Shown one piece after another: positions 1 through 11,544 of a stretch of DNA of 64,000 nucleotides (the stretch's first letter is position 1; each line of letters begins with the position of its first letter). The stretch spans positions 4,949,068-5,013,067 of the forward strand of contig JAHRHZ010000075.1 of NCBI GenBank assembly GCA_024137785.1. The letters run 5' to 3'. The stretch comes from Ginglymostoma cirratum. Lineage: Eukaryota. The translations under genes and the position numbers were made by a program. Under the pieces are notes generated by a model. It searched no databases and was not told the origin of the DNA. It worked only from the letters and a program-made list of their open reading frames with translations.

Positions 1-407
1 AACCAATCATGCTTGTGCCTGTTACTTCAATCAACTATCAAATTAGTCCCAATCCTGTGCTCTTTTCCCCATGCAAAGTTTTGCATTTCAGGTATATGTC
101 CAATTTAAAAGTTATATTAAATCTAATCCCACTACCTTTCAACCGTGCATTGCAAATCATAACAACTAGCTGCATCACTTAAACATTAAGCAATCTTAGT
201 GCTTTCCCGATGACAAGATGATCATCATTCCTCACTAGTTTTGGTCCCTGGCCAAACAAAATCAGTATGAATTAACTGCAAGATTTTAAATTCCGAAGCA
301 CTAAACTTTCATCTTCCCAACAGTAGTATACCAATAGAAATCTTATTAATGCTCTAAAGTGCGATCTGTCCAGGAAAATTTAGCTGGTCAGTGGCCCATA
401 GGTGTCT

Positions 408-545
408 CGAAATAGATGGGTCCTTGATGAGTAAGTGGATCAAAGGCTACAGGGAGAAAGCAGGACAATAGGGTTGAGAAACAGATCAGATATGATCAAA
501 TAATTCATGGGCTGAATGGCCTAATTCTGCTCCAATATCTATGGG
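408..545 (+). mobile_element. CR1 LINE 3' end fragment
   Basis: '...gggctgaatggcctaattctgctcc...' 3' UTR motif also seen at 24760-24805 and 50450-50485. Confidence 0.65.
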
Positions 546-639
546 TCAAATGGTAAGAGTGAGCAGTGGAACTAACTTATTAATTGGAGAAGACCTTAAC
601 ACCATGAGACATATTTTCCATTAATGCTGCTGATTATCT

Positions 640-742
640 TAATCAAACTTTTTGGACATATTAATAACATACATCAGGGCATGTGGGACTTGAGCACAAA
701 CTTTGATCCAGAGATAGGGACTATATCACTGTGCCTTAAGAT
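640..742 (-). mobile_element. Short tRNA-derived SINE-like element (degenerate)
   Basis: Reverse complement resembles copies at 2415 and 6078 (gtgggacttga = B box on minus strand). Confidence 0.5.
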
Positions 743-764
743 TTCTAGCCATTATTGCTGCTAG

Positions 765-880
765 GTACTTTCCAGTCAACCTGTGCAAAGATGTTATTAC
801 ACATCTCTGGAACAGGTGGGACATGAACCTGGGTCTCCTGGCTCAAGAGGTAGGGATACTATCACTGCACAACAACAGCT
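765..880 (-). mobile_element. Short tRNA-derived SINE-like element
   Basis: Minus strand reads tgcagtgatagtatccctacctcttgagccaggagacccaggttcatgtcccacc, with A-box/B-box-like motifs. Confidence 0.6.
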
Positions 881-1026
881 GAGCTCCCTCCACCCTGACC
901 TCCAACACAATCACCCCCGCCCATTGATTATTGTTGTTATAGCCCTTCTGGATATAAACCACAGATGTCCACTGTTACTAAACTTGGCAGAAGACTTCAA
1001 AGACAAAGCCTAGGTCTGTATTTGAA

Positions 1027-1105
1027 TTAAAAGCAGAACTTTCTGAGGAAACTCAGGAGGTCTGGTAGCATCTGTGAGGAGGGAAACAGAGTGAAGGTTT
1101 CAAGA
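1027..1105 (-). mobile_element. Penelope-like element 3' terminus fragment (family 1 tail)
   Basis: aggtctggtagcatctgtgaggagggaaacagagt matches the reverse complement of the tail at 38530-38605. Confidence 0.65.
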
Positions 1106-2059
1106 ATGGTTCTGTATTTGACTGCAGGGTTATTGCCAATACACAAGGTGATTTTTTTTTTTAGAGGACAAAGCCTTTATCATGGAGCAAGTTGTCCTGT
1201 TAGGCATGCAACAGGATCCAAAATCTTGAAGCAGCAAGAATTTTCCATTTACTGTGACAGGGTCTTTAGCAGAGGTACGAATCTTAATAATATTTAAATT
1301 AAGCTTGTGTCAGTATGAAATGTGCTGGCTATTGTACTGATTATATTAGATGTGTAAAAGCCCCTCCCTGACCAACATTTGGATTAAAGCCACCAAAAGA
1401 CAAAATCTCAGTCTAAAGCTGCAGGAAATATACTTCAGTTTTTCCATTTCTTTTTCTTTATTATAGTATCATAACCTGTGGAACGCTTCTTATTAACTGC
1501 AGATGTATGAGTTCCACTTTCATTTAAAGATTTGCAAGTAAACAAACATAAATGCCATTTTTTTTCAGAGTGCAAAACTCAGTGCCAAAACTAGAAAATT
1601 TAGTTATTTTGTAATTGATTAAGTATTTTCTTAGAGTCTTTAAAAAGAAAGTGCTTATATCTTTTACAGACACTCCAGTTTATGACTACCATACCATAAT
1701 TGCTGCAGTCATTTTTTCTCCACATTAATCGCACTGAGCCTTAGCTATAAGTGTGAACAATATGCAGTTTAAAAAAGTCATAATTCACTATATTGTTAGA
1801 CCAAGTTAAATTCAAGTCTTTTGCCAACAATTTCCCTTTGAAACGTCCTTACCGCTTCAATGCTAAATGGCACCAAAACTCAGTTCATGTGACTAGACAA
1901 CTTTGCCTACAAACCTTCAACAAATGTAGCAGAACGGAAATGGTGCAGAAGATTGGGAACAGATTCTGAGGACATATGAGAACCGAGTGAGGTTTAAATA
2001 GTAACATTTGTAAACTTTCAGAACAAAACTTAGCATGACAAAACATAATGTTTCGGCGA

Positions 2060-2330
2060 CGGTTCATTTGATAAGTGGAGCTGCCTGCTGTGAGCACTGT
2101 GCTGTACAGGTGGGTTTCAATCCTAAGTGTGTGCTGAGTAAGATGAATTCATCCAGGGCAGTGATAAGAATGCTGCATTTGACTTTTGTACATGTGGGTT
2201 AGGGAAGGAAGAGTCAGCCAAGATTTAAATTCTTGAGCCTATGACTCTTGCTGAGAAGTACTCTTGAGCATAGAGTAAGGATGCGATTGGAATTGGATCA
2301 GATTTTGATACAATAGACTCCTTTCTTTTC
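2060..2330 (+). mobile_element. Ancient SINE relic, AmnSINE2-like (family name from memory)
   Basis: gggtttcaatcc B-box-like motif followed by gtgtgctgagtaagatgaattcatccagggc...gggttagggaaggaagagtcagccaag...tgactcttgctg. Confidence 0.4.
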
Positions 2331-2414
2331 CAGTTGATAGTTCAGTAACATCGTACCCAATTAGGTCTGCAGCTGCAGTCAGTTCTTTTCTGGTTTGCTG
2401 TGTCACTATGCTGG

Positions 2415-2532
2415 GGGTCTTAAGGCACAGTGGTAGTGTCCTTACCTCTGAGCCAGGAGGCCTGGTTCAAGTCCCACCTGCTCCAGATGGATGTAATAAA
2501 GTCCCTGAACAGGTTTATTAAACAATATTTTG
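2415..2532 (+). mobile_element. Short tRNA-derived SINE-like element
   Basis: A box-like ggcacagtggtag, B box ggttcaagtcc, short body ending ctgaacaggtttattaaacaatat. Confidence 0.7.
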
Positions 2533-2959
2533 TTGCTCTCACCAGCTTTTACTGTGTTACTATTTTGAATAACACTGACATCCCTCTTGGAGCACTTAAC
2601 ATCTGCTGGTCACCTCTGCATCATGGTGTTGGGGTCATCTGCTTAATTTTAATGTTCAGACCTGATTGTCAAGTTGCTTAATTCCTGACAAAAATAATGG
2701 GATAAGCAGCAGAAAGTGGCTGCCAGGCTAATTTCTGCCAGTTGAGTCAAGTTAAAATCATCTCCATTGTGTTAATAATTAGTTGTGGTTACCATTATTG
2801 GAAATTATAGCGCATTTTGATAAATGGTACATTTTGTTTTAAAGTAAATACAGCTTGTGTTCCAAGAGTTCATTACTATATGCTTTCACTTGGTTGGTTG
2901 GAAGCCTATAACGGAAGTGCAGGCTTCGCCTGCAGAAGGAGCAAATGATTCAGCAAGGA

Positions 2960-3075
2960 CCTTTTCTTTTAATCTATTTGTTAAAGATGTTATTACAGCT
3001 CTGGTGCAGGTAGGACTTGAACCCAGGCTTCCTGCTCCAGAAGTAGTGAACACTACCACTGCACCACAACAGCAA
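2960..3075 (-). mobile_element. Short tRNA-derived SINE-like element
   Basis: ggacttgaaccc (B box, minus) and cactaccactgcacca (A box, minus). Confidence 0.7.
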
Positions 3076-4431
3076 CTTAGCAAAAGACCTTATGGTGTTG
3101 TGGAAAGCACGTAGCAGGTGAGTAATGTTTTCCTGTCTATTGAAAGTGTTAGACCATCATTAATTTGTTTACTCCTTTGACTGCTGATTGCAGTCCCATG
3201 TCCTCATGCTTTTGGGAGGGAGGTTGACTGTTCACCTCCTCTTTGTCATCAGCGGTTTCTGGAAGCAGCAAGTTATTGTTCATTGTGACTTATGTAAGAA
3301 GCTACGATGAATCTTAAGACTTTTGCTGGGTTATATTGCAAGGTGCACCAGACCTATCCAGGCATTTTATACTGAAACTTGGTACTGCCAGTAATTGGCC
3401 CATAGATACTTGTTACCAGGCATTAGATCCATTAGGGTGAACCTGAACTAAAACCAGATGGAACAGCTGAAACTAGATTGAACAGGGCTTAAAATTCAAC
3501 ATGAATACTTGCCACTTGTTTTCCATCCACCAGCCATTTCAACAATGATGTTACCATGAGTGGGTTGAGGCACCTGCCTGAAACTGGGCTTGTATGTCAC
3601 CAGGACCCAAATACGTTTGTAACTGCCCATTGGCTCAAGTCTATGGACACCCAGGGAAACCAAACAAATGTGGAGGTGATTTATGTGACTTATAGCAGTT
3701 TTCACAGGTCAGGAGGTGCAGGAATCCATTAACAATTCTAACTTGGTATCCCATTCAACTCATATACTCTCAGTCTGTTTTAATAACTTCTGGCCTGCCT
3801 TCCTGACATTATTCAGGCTGCTCCATAGCCACAAGCTTGATGTGTGCTAGTCTATTATGGGCTTGACTTAAAATGGACCCAGCTTGTCACTACAACTCCT
3901 GAAAGGGTGCACCATTGTTTCCTGAATGGGACTTAAAAATTCCCGCATGTGTTGTGCCCCAACATCTCTACTGTGCTGTAATCAAAGGTATTGTTGCACA
4001 TAGATTTACTCACCTCTGGCCCATCCTGATGTATGCTTAACTTATGAGCATTAACATGATGTACTTTTGCCTGATAAAAGTTAAATTACAACCTATAGGT
4101 GTCTGACATTGGTATATAGTGCAATATGTGACATTGCATGTAGCTGCACACTATTAGAGTGAAAGCCTTTTCTACATATTAAACTGAGGGGCTTGTTATA
4201 TCAAGCATTGAGTGAGATATATATATTGCAATAATCGTTCCTTGCATCGACAGGACACCTTATGTTTTCTCTTTCTCTCAGGTCATCTGCTTTTCAGAAG
4301 TATATGAATGATATAATGCAGCTGGACATAATATTCCTGACCTTGATGTAGTGTTGAAGAAATATGTACCTATGTAGCGAAGGCCACCCCTTATTCTCCC
4401 TGGAAGGGTTCTGTTTCAAAGAAGTCTAAAG

Positions 4432-4895
4432 TACAACAAATTTTTTATTAGCCGGCACCGAGGGACCAGGAGTGTAAAGGTTGGTCAAATATCCTGGGGT
4501 TGATCAAGAGGTCCACATAATCAATGTAAAAACACACTAAGTAATAGAAATGTAATGCACATCACTGTTATACATTATTTACAGCATAAATCATTTAAAG
4601 AATAAAGCAACTTTGCCTTAAATAAAACCTAATGGCACCTCTTCACTCGCACCCTCAATTGGCAACTCGGACATTGTGGTAGATCACAGTATTTGAGGAG
4701 AAATTGACTCAACTGTTGTCATTTCATGTGGGCATTCGATTGAACAAAAAGTATTTACATTGGGATAAAAAAATAAACTATTATAATTGGACAGAATAAT
4801 ACAGTAAACCTTGCAGTAATTGAGGTATATATTTTTTGCTGGTTTATTGAGAGTGCCAGTTCATCAGGTGTTGGTTAAACTAAAGTTTGCTATGT
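4432..4895. mobile_element. Possible Tigger/pogo-type non-autonomous DNA transposon relic
   Basis: Degenerate terminal inverted motifs: tacaacaaattttttattagccggcacc ... ggtgttggttaaactaaagtttgctatg. Confidence 0.35.
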
Positions 4896-5149
4896 TGTTA
4901 ACCATGACTGCTACATAAAATGATGTTCTCCTGAGAGAAGTTAATTACAGATCTTTAAGCAGCAGTTGGCATATTTCCCCAGTAGCCTCTGGGATGATGG
5001 ACTAAGTGTAGACTTCTGAGAAACTTACAAACAGAAGACCTCCTTGGTGTGTGTTGATATGTGTCAAGGGAAGAGATTGGTATGCAGGCTAATTAGCTTC
5101 AATCCTGTGCCACAAAGTGATGTCTCAATGTGGCATTTCTGGGCATTTT

Positions 5150-5400
5150 TCTTTGCATTTATTCATGGCATGTGACCAATGCTGCCAAGGATAGTATTTA
5201 GTGACTATCTGTAACTGTGCTTGAGAACTGGTAGTGAGTTGCCTTCTTGAATGACTGCAGTTATCTGATGTAAGTACAACAAAAGTATTGGCGGGATGTT
5301 CAAGTTTTCAGATTTCCAGTTTTCTGGACCGCAACAGTGAAGCAATGGCAATATAGTGCTGGATTTTGTGTTCTCGTGACAATAGGTTTGAAGGTGACAG
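5150..5400 (-). mobile_element. CR1/L2-group LINE 3' end, highly diverged
   Basis: Similar to 13225-13430 and 58875-59090. Confidence 0.5.
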
Positions 5401-6077
5401 TGTTGTAAAATCCATTGGGTGGCCATCCCTATCAGGTACACACTCAGTCCTACCCCCACTGTAATAATACCAGCTGCAGGGTATTGTATAAGGTGGCCTG
5501 CCAGCTAGTGGACCAATTGATAGTCTTCAGTGAGCAATTAATGGACTTAACCGGCAACAAAAGTGGTGGTAGGCCATGTCCGAGTGGAGGTCGAGCTTCC
5601 CCCTTAATGGACCCCTCGGGCAAATTGCCTATTAATAGCTGCTAGTGTTCCCTTTGGCAGTTTTTCCTCCCACCCGCCTATTAAACTTCTCCTTTTGATG
5701 CTGTAGAAAAGTATACGCACATCTCTATTTTTGATTTTTTTGTGTAACTATATAAGGTTTGACCATAGATAGTAAAGCTGTTTTGGCATTTCCTCTTCTA
5801 AAGAACTGAATTGATTGTATCGAGAGTCTACCAACAAGTCACTATGGTTGCGATGTCTAAAATGTCCAATGATCAAACTTTTGAATAAATTTCTGCTTGC
5901 AAGAAAATTGAACAATTCCTCTAAACCTGTGAAATGGGAGGTGTCTTCCCATCTGTACAATGAAGAGTTGTTGGACACCAATGTAATTAACCTCAAGTGA
6001 TGTATTCTTATGTTTCCGCTCAGAAGTGGGAAGCAGTGGTTTCTGATGTTGTAGTGGTTTCTTCGCTTTAAGAGTAA

Positions 6078-6185
6078 GGTCTCTTATGGCGCAATGGGTG
6101 TGTCCCTATCGCTGAGACAGGAGGCCTGGGTTCAAATTCCACCCTTGTGTTAAAACCTGTCTGAACAGGCTGATTGGAAATTATT
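6078..6185 (+). mobile_element. Short tRNA-derived SINE-like element
   Basis: tggcgcaatgg A box, gggttcaaattcc B box, ctgaacaggctgattggaaa tail. Confidence 0.7.
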
Positions 6186-7029
6186 TTAAGTGTACATTCA
6201 GCATGCTTTTGATCATGAGTCTCGATCTTGAATCTGCCTGCACTACTCTGTCATAAGATTTCATTTTTAACCTAGGACTTTTTTTCACATAATGTAGCAA
6301 GCAGTCACCCTACTGTGAAATTTGTAATTAGCTAAGTGACCATTAAGTTGTATGATCTGTGTAATATAGATGAGTCATCTATTAGCTCTAAGAAAAGTTG
6401 ATTCATATCTTCCAAACATTGCATATCATCACATAATATGATCTAATGAAGGTTAACCTTGATATTCTGGGTATTCTTCCAAAGATGTTTGCTGCAAGAT
6501 GTTAACTAGTTTGTACACATTAGCATTATTTAATTTTGTGGCTGAATGATTGCACAAGGGTCAAAATCATTCTCTGATACTGTGCAACTTTCTCACTTAA
6601 GTTGAACTGATGCGATAATGTTGAACATTGTTTTATTAGCACGACACCTGGAATAGTACCTTCTCAAAAACAAGAGCTTTAAAACATTTTGTTTTAGCCT
6701 GTTATGTTCATGTGGTTTAAGATAAAAGATCAACAGGCCACCACTGGAGATAACTCCAGTGTTGCTGACTCACGTTTTCTGATCTGAGAGAGAGAATGGC
6801 CAGAGGAGCTTCATACAGATGGAAGGGGCATATGAGCTGAGGGGTTGTCAAAGCAGCCTCTACACAGTCAGGGCTGGGAGAAATCCTGAGAAACTTAGAA
6901 GTCAATGGTAAGAAAGCTCCAGAGGCAAAAAACTGTGAAGGGGTCAAAGAGGAAGACATCCTAACAAGGTCATTGAAGACATATGTTTTGGGAATTTATG
7001 CTAAGTAACAATTGAGCTTAGTTAGCAGC

Positions 7030-7155
7030 TATTTCAAAGATCTTGGGGATAAACATCAACTAAGGAAAATAGCATTAAGTGAATGCACACTAAATTACAA
7101 AAAGGAATTTAGCTACTACCATGCAACTGAAAAAGAAATCTTAGCATGGAGATAG
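7030..7155 (+). pseudogene. Possible Ty3/Gypsy RNase H relic
   Basis: Translates LRKIALSECTLN...YHATEKEILAW, resembling the Gypsy PIAFASRTL...Y-TTEKELLA motif. Confidence 0.35.
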
Positions 7156-7199
7156 GGTGACTCCTCCTGATATTTGAGGGATATTTAAGGTTATTACAT

Positions 7200-7668
7200 T
7201 TTTCCCCCTTTATTCATTAATGGGATGAGGGTGTTGCTGGCTAGGTTGCGTTTATGGCCCATCCCTAATTGCCCACAGTGTAGTTCAGAGTCAACCACAT
7301 TGCTACAGTCATAGGTAGGCCAGACCAAGTATGGATGGGGGTTTCCTTCCCTAGAGGACATTAGTGAACCAGATGGGTACTTCCCCAGCAATGGATTCAT
7401 GGTCATCATTAGATCCTTAATTCGAGGTATTTTATTGAATTCAAATTCCACCATCTGCTGTGATAACAAGGTTTAGAGCTGGATGAACACAGCAGGCCAA
7501 ACAGCATCAGAGGAACAGAAAGGCTGATGTTTCGGGCCTAGACCCTTCTTCAGGAAAACAAAATCCACCATCTGCTGTGGCAGACTTTGAACCTGGGTCC
7601 CCAGAACGTTATCTGGGTCTCTGCGTTAACAGTCTAGCAATAACACCACTAGGCCATTGCCTCCCTCG
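7200..7668 (-). mobile_element. tRNA-derived SINE interrupted by a Penelope terminus
   Basis: tRNA-like head (tttgaacctggg, B box on minus) near 7585-7665; body ccatctggttcactaatgtcc (minus); tail shared with the LINE at 13225/20970; same family as 26332 and 56280. Confidence 0.75.
7463..7563 (-). mobile_element. 101-bp Penelope 3' terminus (hammerhead + tail) with 16-bp TSD
   Basis: TSD tccaccatctgctgtg at 7447-7462 and 7564-7579; minus strand CTGAAGAagggtctaggcccGAAAcatc. Confidence 0.85.
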
Positions 7669-8109
7669 GCTGGAGGGAAAGGAATTCATCTTTGTTTCTG
7701 AGATTGTCCCAATAATTCTTCCTTGGTGTATAATTCATGTTTTGCCTTTGTGCAGTAAAAATTTGTGTTATTTTGTTAAAAGTACATTGGCAGTCTTTTG
7801 TGAATATGTGCAGTGACTGTCCTTCATGGTAGACAAAAAGAAACGTAAAACACATGGTTTTTTAAGTCGGGTTTCAATCTGGGATCTGACTTGTCCCTAT
7901 CATCAACTGAAACCATAATAAAAGATACATTCACAATTTCCCGACAGGAACTCTTTCTTTTTTCCCCTCTTTTTATTGTAGGATGGCTATGCATTTCATA
8001 GAACTGAATTTTTAGTTTTCAGGTTAACATTGACTAGATGAAATGCACACCACTGTTATCATCTAATAAGAGATAATGGGTCCTACTGTTGCTCACCATC
8101 TTACAGTTG

Positions 8110-8215
8110 ATAAAATCAGGAGAAGTGCCTGGACTCAAGATGCTAACTCAGTTTTCTCTCCATAGATGCTGCCAGACCTGTTGAGTTTTTCCAGCAATTT
8201 CTGCTTTTGTTTGTT
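8110..8215 (+). mobile_element. Penelope 3' terminus fragment (degenerate hammerhead)
   Basis: ctctccatagatgctgccagacctgttgagtttttccagcaatttctg tail. Confidence 0.7.
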
Positions 8216-10390
8216 TATCATCGGTCTTCAGGTGACTCTGCTATCAATAAAAATGTTTACTGTCATGCTTAAAAATGAAAACCAATTCTCTTTTTAAAAG
8301 AAAATGGATACTAGTTGACAGGAACAGCAAATGTACTTTGAAGATGTAAATAAACTGTTGAAATTATCTGCAGGCTTGACAGTGCCTTCTTAAGAAATCA
8401 AAGAAGTCTGGGCGCCACCTCTTTGTAACAGGTACGAACTCTGGTTCGATACATTTTTGCGCTTACAGATCTCTTGATCTTTTTTAATCCAGTTGTCTGA
8501 AATAGTTGACAATTTGATCATGTTTTTGTGTGGAAATGTTACCTCTAAAAATAGATAGAAAATCTGCTTTGAATATAAGTTCAAGATGGTAATAGTTTTC
8601 CTAGCAGTCATCACAGTGTAATGTTATATTGCCAACAACTGGTTTTCATTTGTTTAAAATCTATAAAACCTTTATGTTTAATTCTGTGAAACGACCTACA
8701 CTCAATCTAGTCTGTGCTGGAGTAGTACAGGAGCCAGGATGAAAAGATCTTGACATTTTATTAACAACACCAACTTTATGATTCTATGGTGTTCAGATCA
8801 CCATTAACTCTTAAAGCACCAGTCACAGGGAGAAGACTGTTATATGTTATGCATCTTTTAAAAAAAGTCAACTCTTTGATTTCATTCCATGTGTGGAGAT
8901 CTTTCCCTTTATTATTTGTTTCCTAGTCTATGAATTAAAATTAATAAAATGCTTTGAGCTTATAGACTTTTTAAAGGACCAAACCTTTAATGTGGCCTGT
9001 GCTTTGTTTTGGGGACCGGGCTTTGCAAAACAAAATATCAATAGTATTGAATTAGTAAAAAAAAAGTTTCCTTCTGCTATGGTAAATTTGATCGGAAGGA
9101 TGAGGGCAAGAAAGTCTTACATCAAAGGAGCTGGGTATTAAAGCAGCTTTTATACCACAGTCCTGAGAAGAGACTGGATGTTTTCCAACACAGCGGAAGA
9201 GAAAGTTGGAGGCATAGTTACCACAGTCAATTATGAGGTCTGACAGATGTCTTGGACTAGAATTTGCCATCAAAACTTTTAGTTTATGGAAAGCTCAGAG
9301 ATCTAAAAGTTACGAGAGAATGTGCATTCAAAGAAAAAACACTGCTTCTATTTACAAGTTGTTATTAATCAATCGTTCATTGTAAATAACCACACTCTTT
9401 TGTATTTCTCCCTAAAAATGCTGTAAAGTAGCTGTAAAGATCAAATTCAATTGCAGTATTTTTGTTCCTTTTCTGTTAACTGGACGTTCCTGTTTTAATG
9501 GTTAATGCAACCTACACTCAGTTACTAAAAAACAATATCATCTCCAATCCCTGATGCGCAATGCAATTACATCATAATTGACAGGCTGTGATTGAGTACC
9601 ACAGAAATACAAAGTGATTGTGATAAATTCAGTCCAGGAGGCTCTTCAGTTTAATATCTCCAGAAGTAAAATGTTGCTCATTATTTTTTCAGCATCTACT
9701 TATTTATTCAACAGTTGCTACCAATTTTAGCTAAGACAGGTCAGACTGTGGGAACCTCTGAAGCATTCAAGTCATTACAAAAACCTGTTTGATATGTCAT
9801 ATATTGAATGGAATTCAGTTCAAACGCAGAAGCCTCGAACCGCTACTAAATGCAAGAACATACATGCTTTCAGGCATACAAATTAATTAATATTCAAATA
9901 CCTAAGGAGCAATTAGGGAATTACTACAAAATTTTGAGAGATTTCAATACCTGAGAATTACAATGTCATAAATTGAATACCTAATTTAGTGTCTTTTTTA
10001 AATCAAATGAGGTTCAGCTGTAATAAATTTGTCTCTTGAAAGAAAAGGTTTGTGTTAAGTCTGACTGTAAGAAGTGAGTGCACATTCTAAGCTGCCTCTT
10101 CAGTGCAGTATTGAGAGAGTGCGACATGGTTGTCATGCTATCTTGTAAATATGATATTGGGCTGGGTTTTCCGAGAAATAGTAATCTCATGCAGCTTGTT
10201 ACTCGTTATGAAAGAAGAGATCTCCGTGTTTCTGACATGAGATTTCAATCAAGGCTTCTTCACTTCCATGCTGACGGTTCCTTCACAATGCATAACTGTC
10301 AGGGGATGGAAAACCACAAACCCCTTCAATGCAGTCAGCTGCAGTATTCTGACATTTGAAGGTCCAGAATCACAGGCAAGGAACGACTTG

Positions 10391-11542
10391 TTGGGGTTTG
10401 GACATGGTCAGAAGTCAGATATTTGAAATTGCAAGCTTTTGGGTGTTGCCCCTTCATCAGGGGAAGTGCGAGAGAGAAGCACACAGACAGAGAATTTATA
10501 GGCAGAGAGATCAATGGGCATAGAGATCAAAAGATCATACAAATGGTGTGAGAGGAGTGTCGGCAGGCTGATTAATGGATCTCTGCAGGTGATCAAAAGT
10601 GTCAGATGGTGTGAGTAAAGTGTAATCACCTGAATAAGGAGCGAAGGGCTGACCTATAATCCGATTAAATGAGGCAGAGAGATAATTACAAAAGACTAAA
10701 AATAAGATGGTGCTGAAGACAAACCAAAAGACTGGAATAACATAATAGGTGTAACAGCCGCATGCCAAGGGTCTGACCAAAGTAGTAACTAATCCAAAAC
10801 TGTACAAACTAATTAAGGTAGAGAGATCATAACAATTTATCAAGGTGATGGTATCAAAACAGGACTGTGAGGAAGATTTTACAGGTACAGAACAGTGGTG
10901 GGGTCACATGTAACGCGATATAAACCCAAGATTACTGTTGGGGCCGTCTTTATTGTTACTGAACTTGGCTATCGGTTTCTGTTCGGTGATTGTGCGTTGT
11001 TGTGTATCTCGAAGGCCGCTTACCTGAAGGTCAGAGGCTGAAGGTCCTTAACCACTGAAGTGTTTCCCCACTGGGAGGGAACATTCCTGTCTGGCAATTG
11101 TTACACAGTGTCCATTCATCCATTGTCATAGTGTCTGCGACCTTTTGCCAATATACCACACATTAAGGCATCCTTGTCTGCAGCGTATGAGATAGGCAAC
11201 ATTGGCCAAGTCACATGAGTATCTACTGCGTACATGGAGGTTGGTATGTCCACATCTGATGGCAATATCCATGTCGATGATCTGACATATTGATACGGCA
11301 GGATTGTATGGTGTTGAGGCCAATGTTGTCCTGAAGGCTGGGTAGTTTGCTGCGAACAATGGTCTGTTTAAGGTTTAGTGTTGTGGAGGAGGAGGGGAAG
11401 ATCTTGGAGAGGTGCTCATTGTCATTGATGACGTGTTGAAGGCTGCAAAGAACATGGCGTAGTTTCTCCATTCCAGGGAACTACTGGACGATGAAGCGTA
11501 CTGCATCAGTCATATTCTGTGTGTGTCTTCTGAGGAGGTTGT
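10391..11542 (-). mobile_element. Penelope-like element (family 3), left arm of inverted pair; GIY-YIG remnant
   Basis: ORF 11126-11359(-) contains ANVAYLIRCRQGCLNVWYIG; terminus with CTGATGA core at 10454-10460 (minus). Confidence 0.85.
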
Positions 11543-11544
11543 TG

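Noticed and set aside
1925-1992. Possible micro-exon QNGNGAEDWEQILRTYENR followed by gtgagg
   Set aside because: No polypyrimidine tract and no recognisable protein; unsupported
2425-2485. tRNA gene candidates (also 6088, 16943)
   Set aside because: A/B boxes present, but no closed cloverleaf and each continues into a shared repeat body, so these are SINE heads
4262-4380. Strong acceptor-like polypyrimidine tract + AG at 4280-4281
   Set aside because: All three frames hit stops within about 70 nt and there is no convincing donor or protein similarity
5748-6000. Overlapping ORFs on both strands
   Set aside because: Short, non-ATG starts, no motifs; expected by chance
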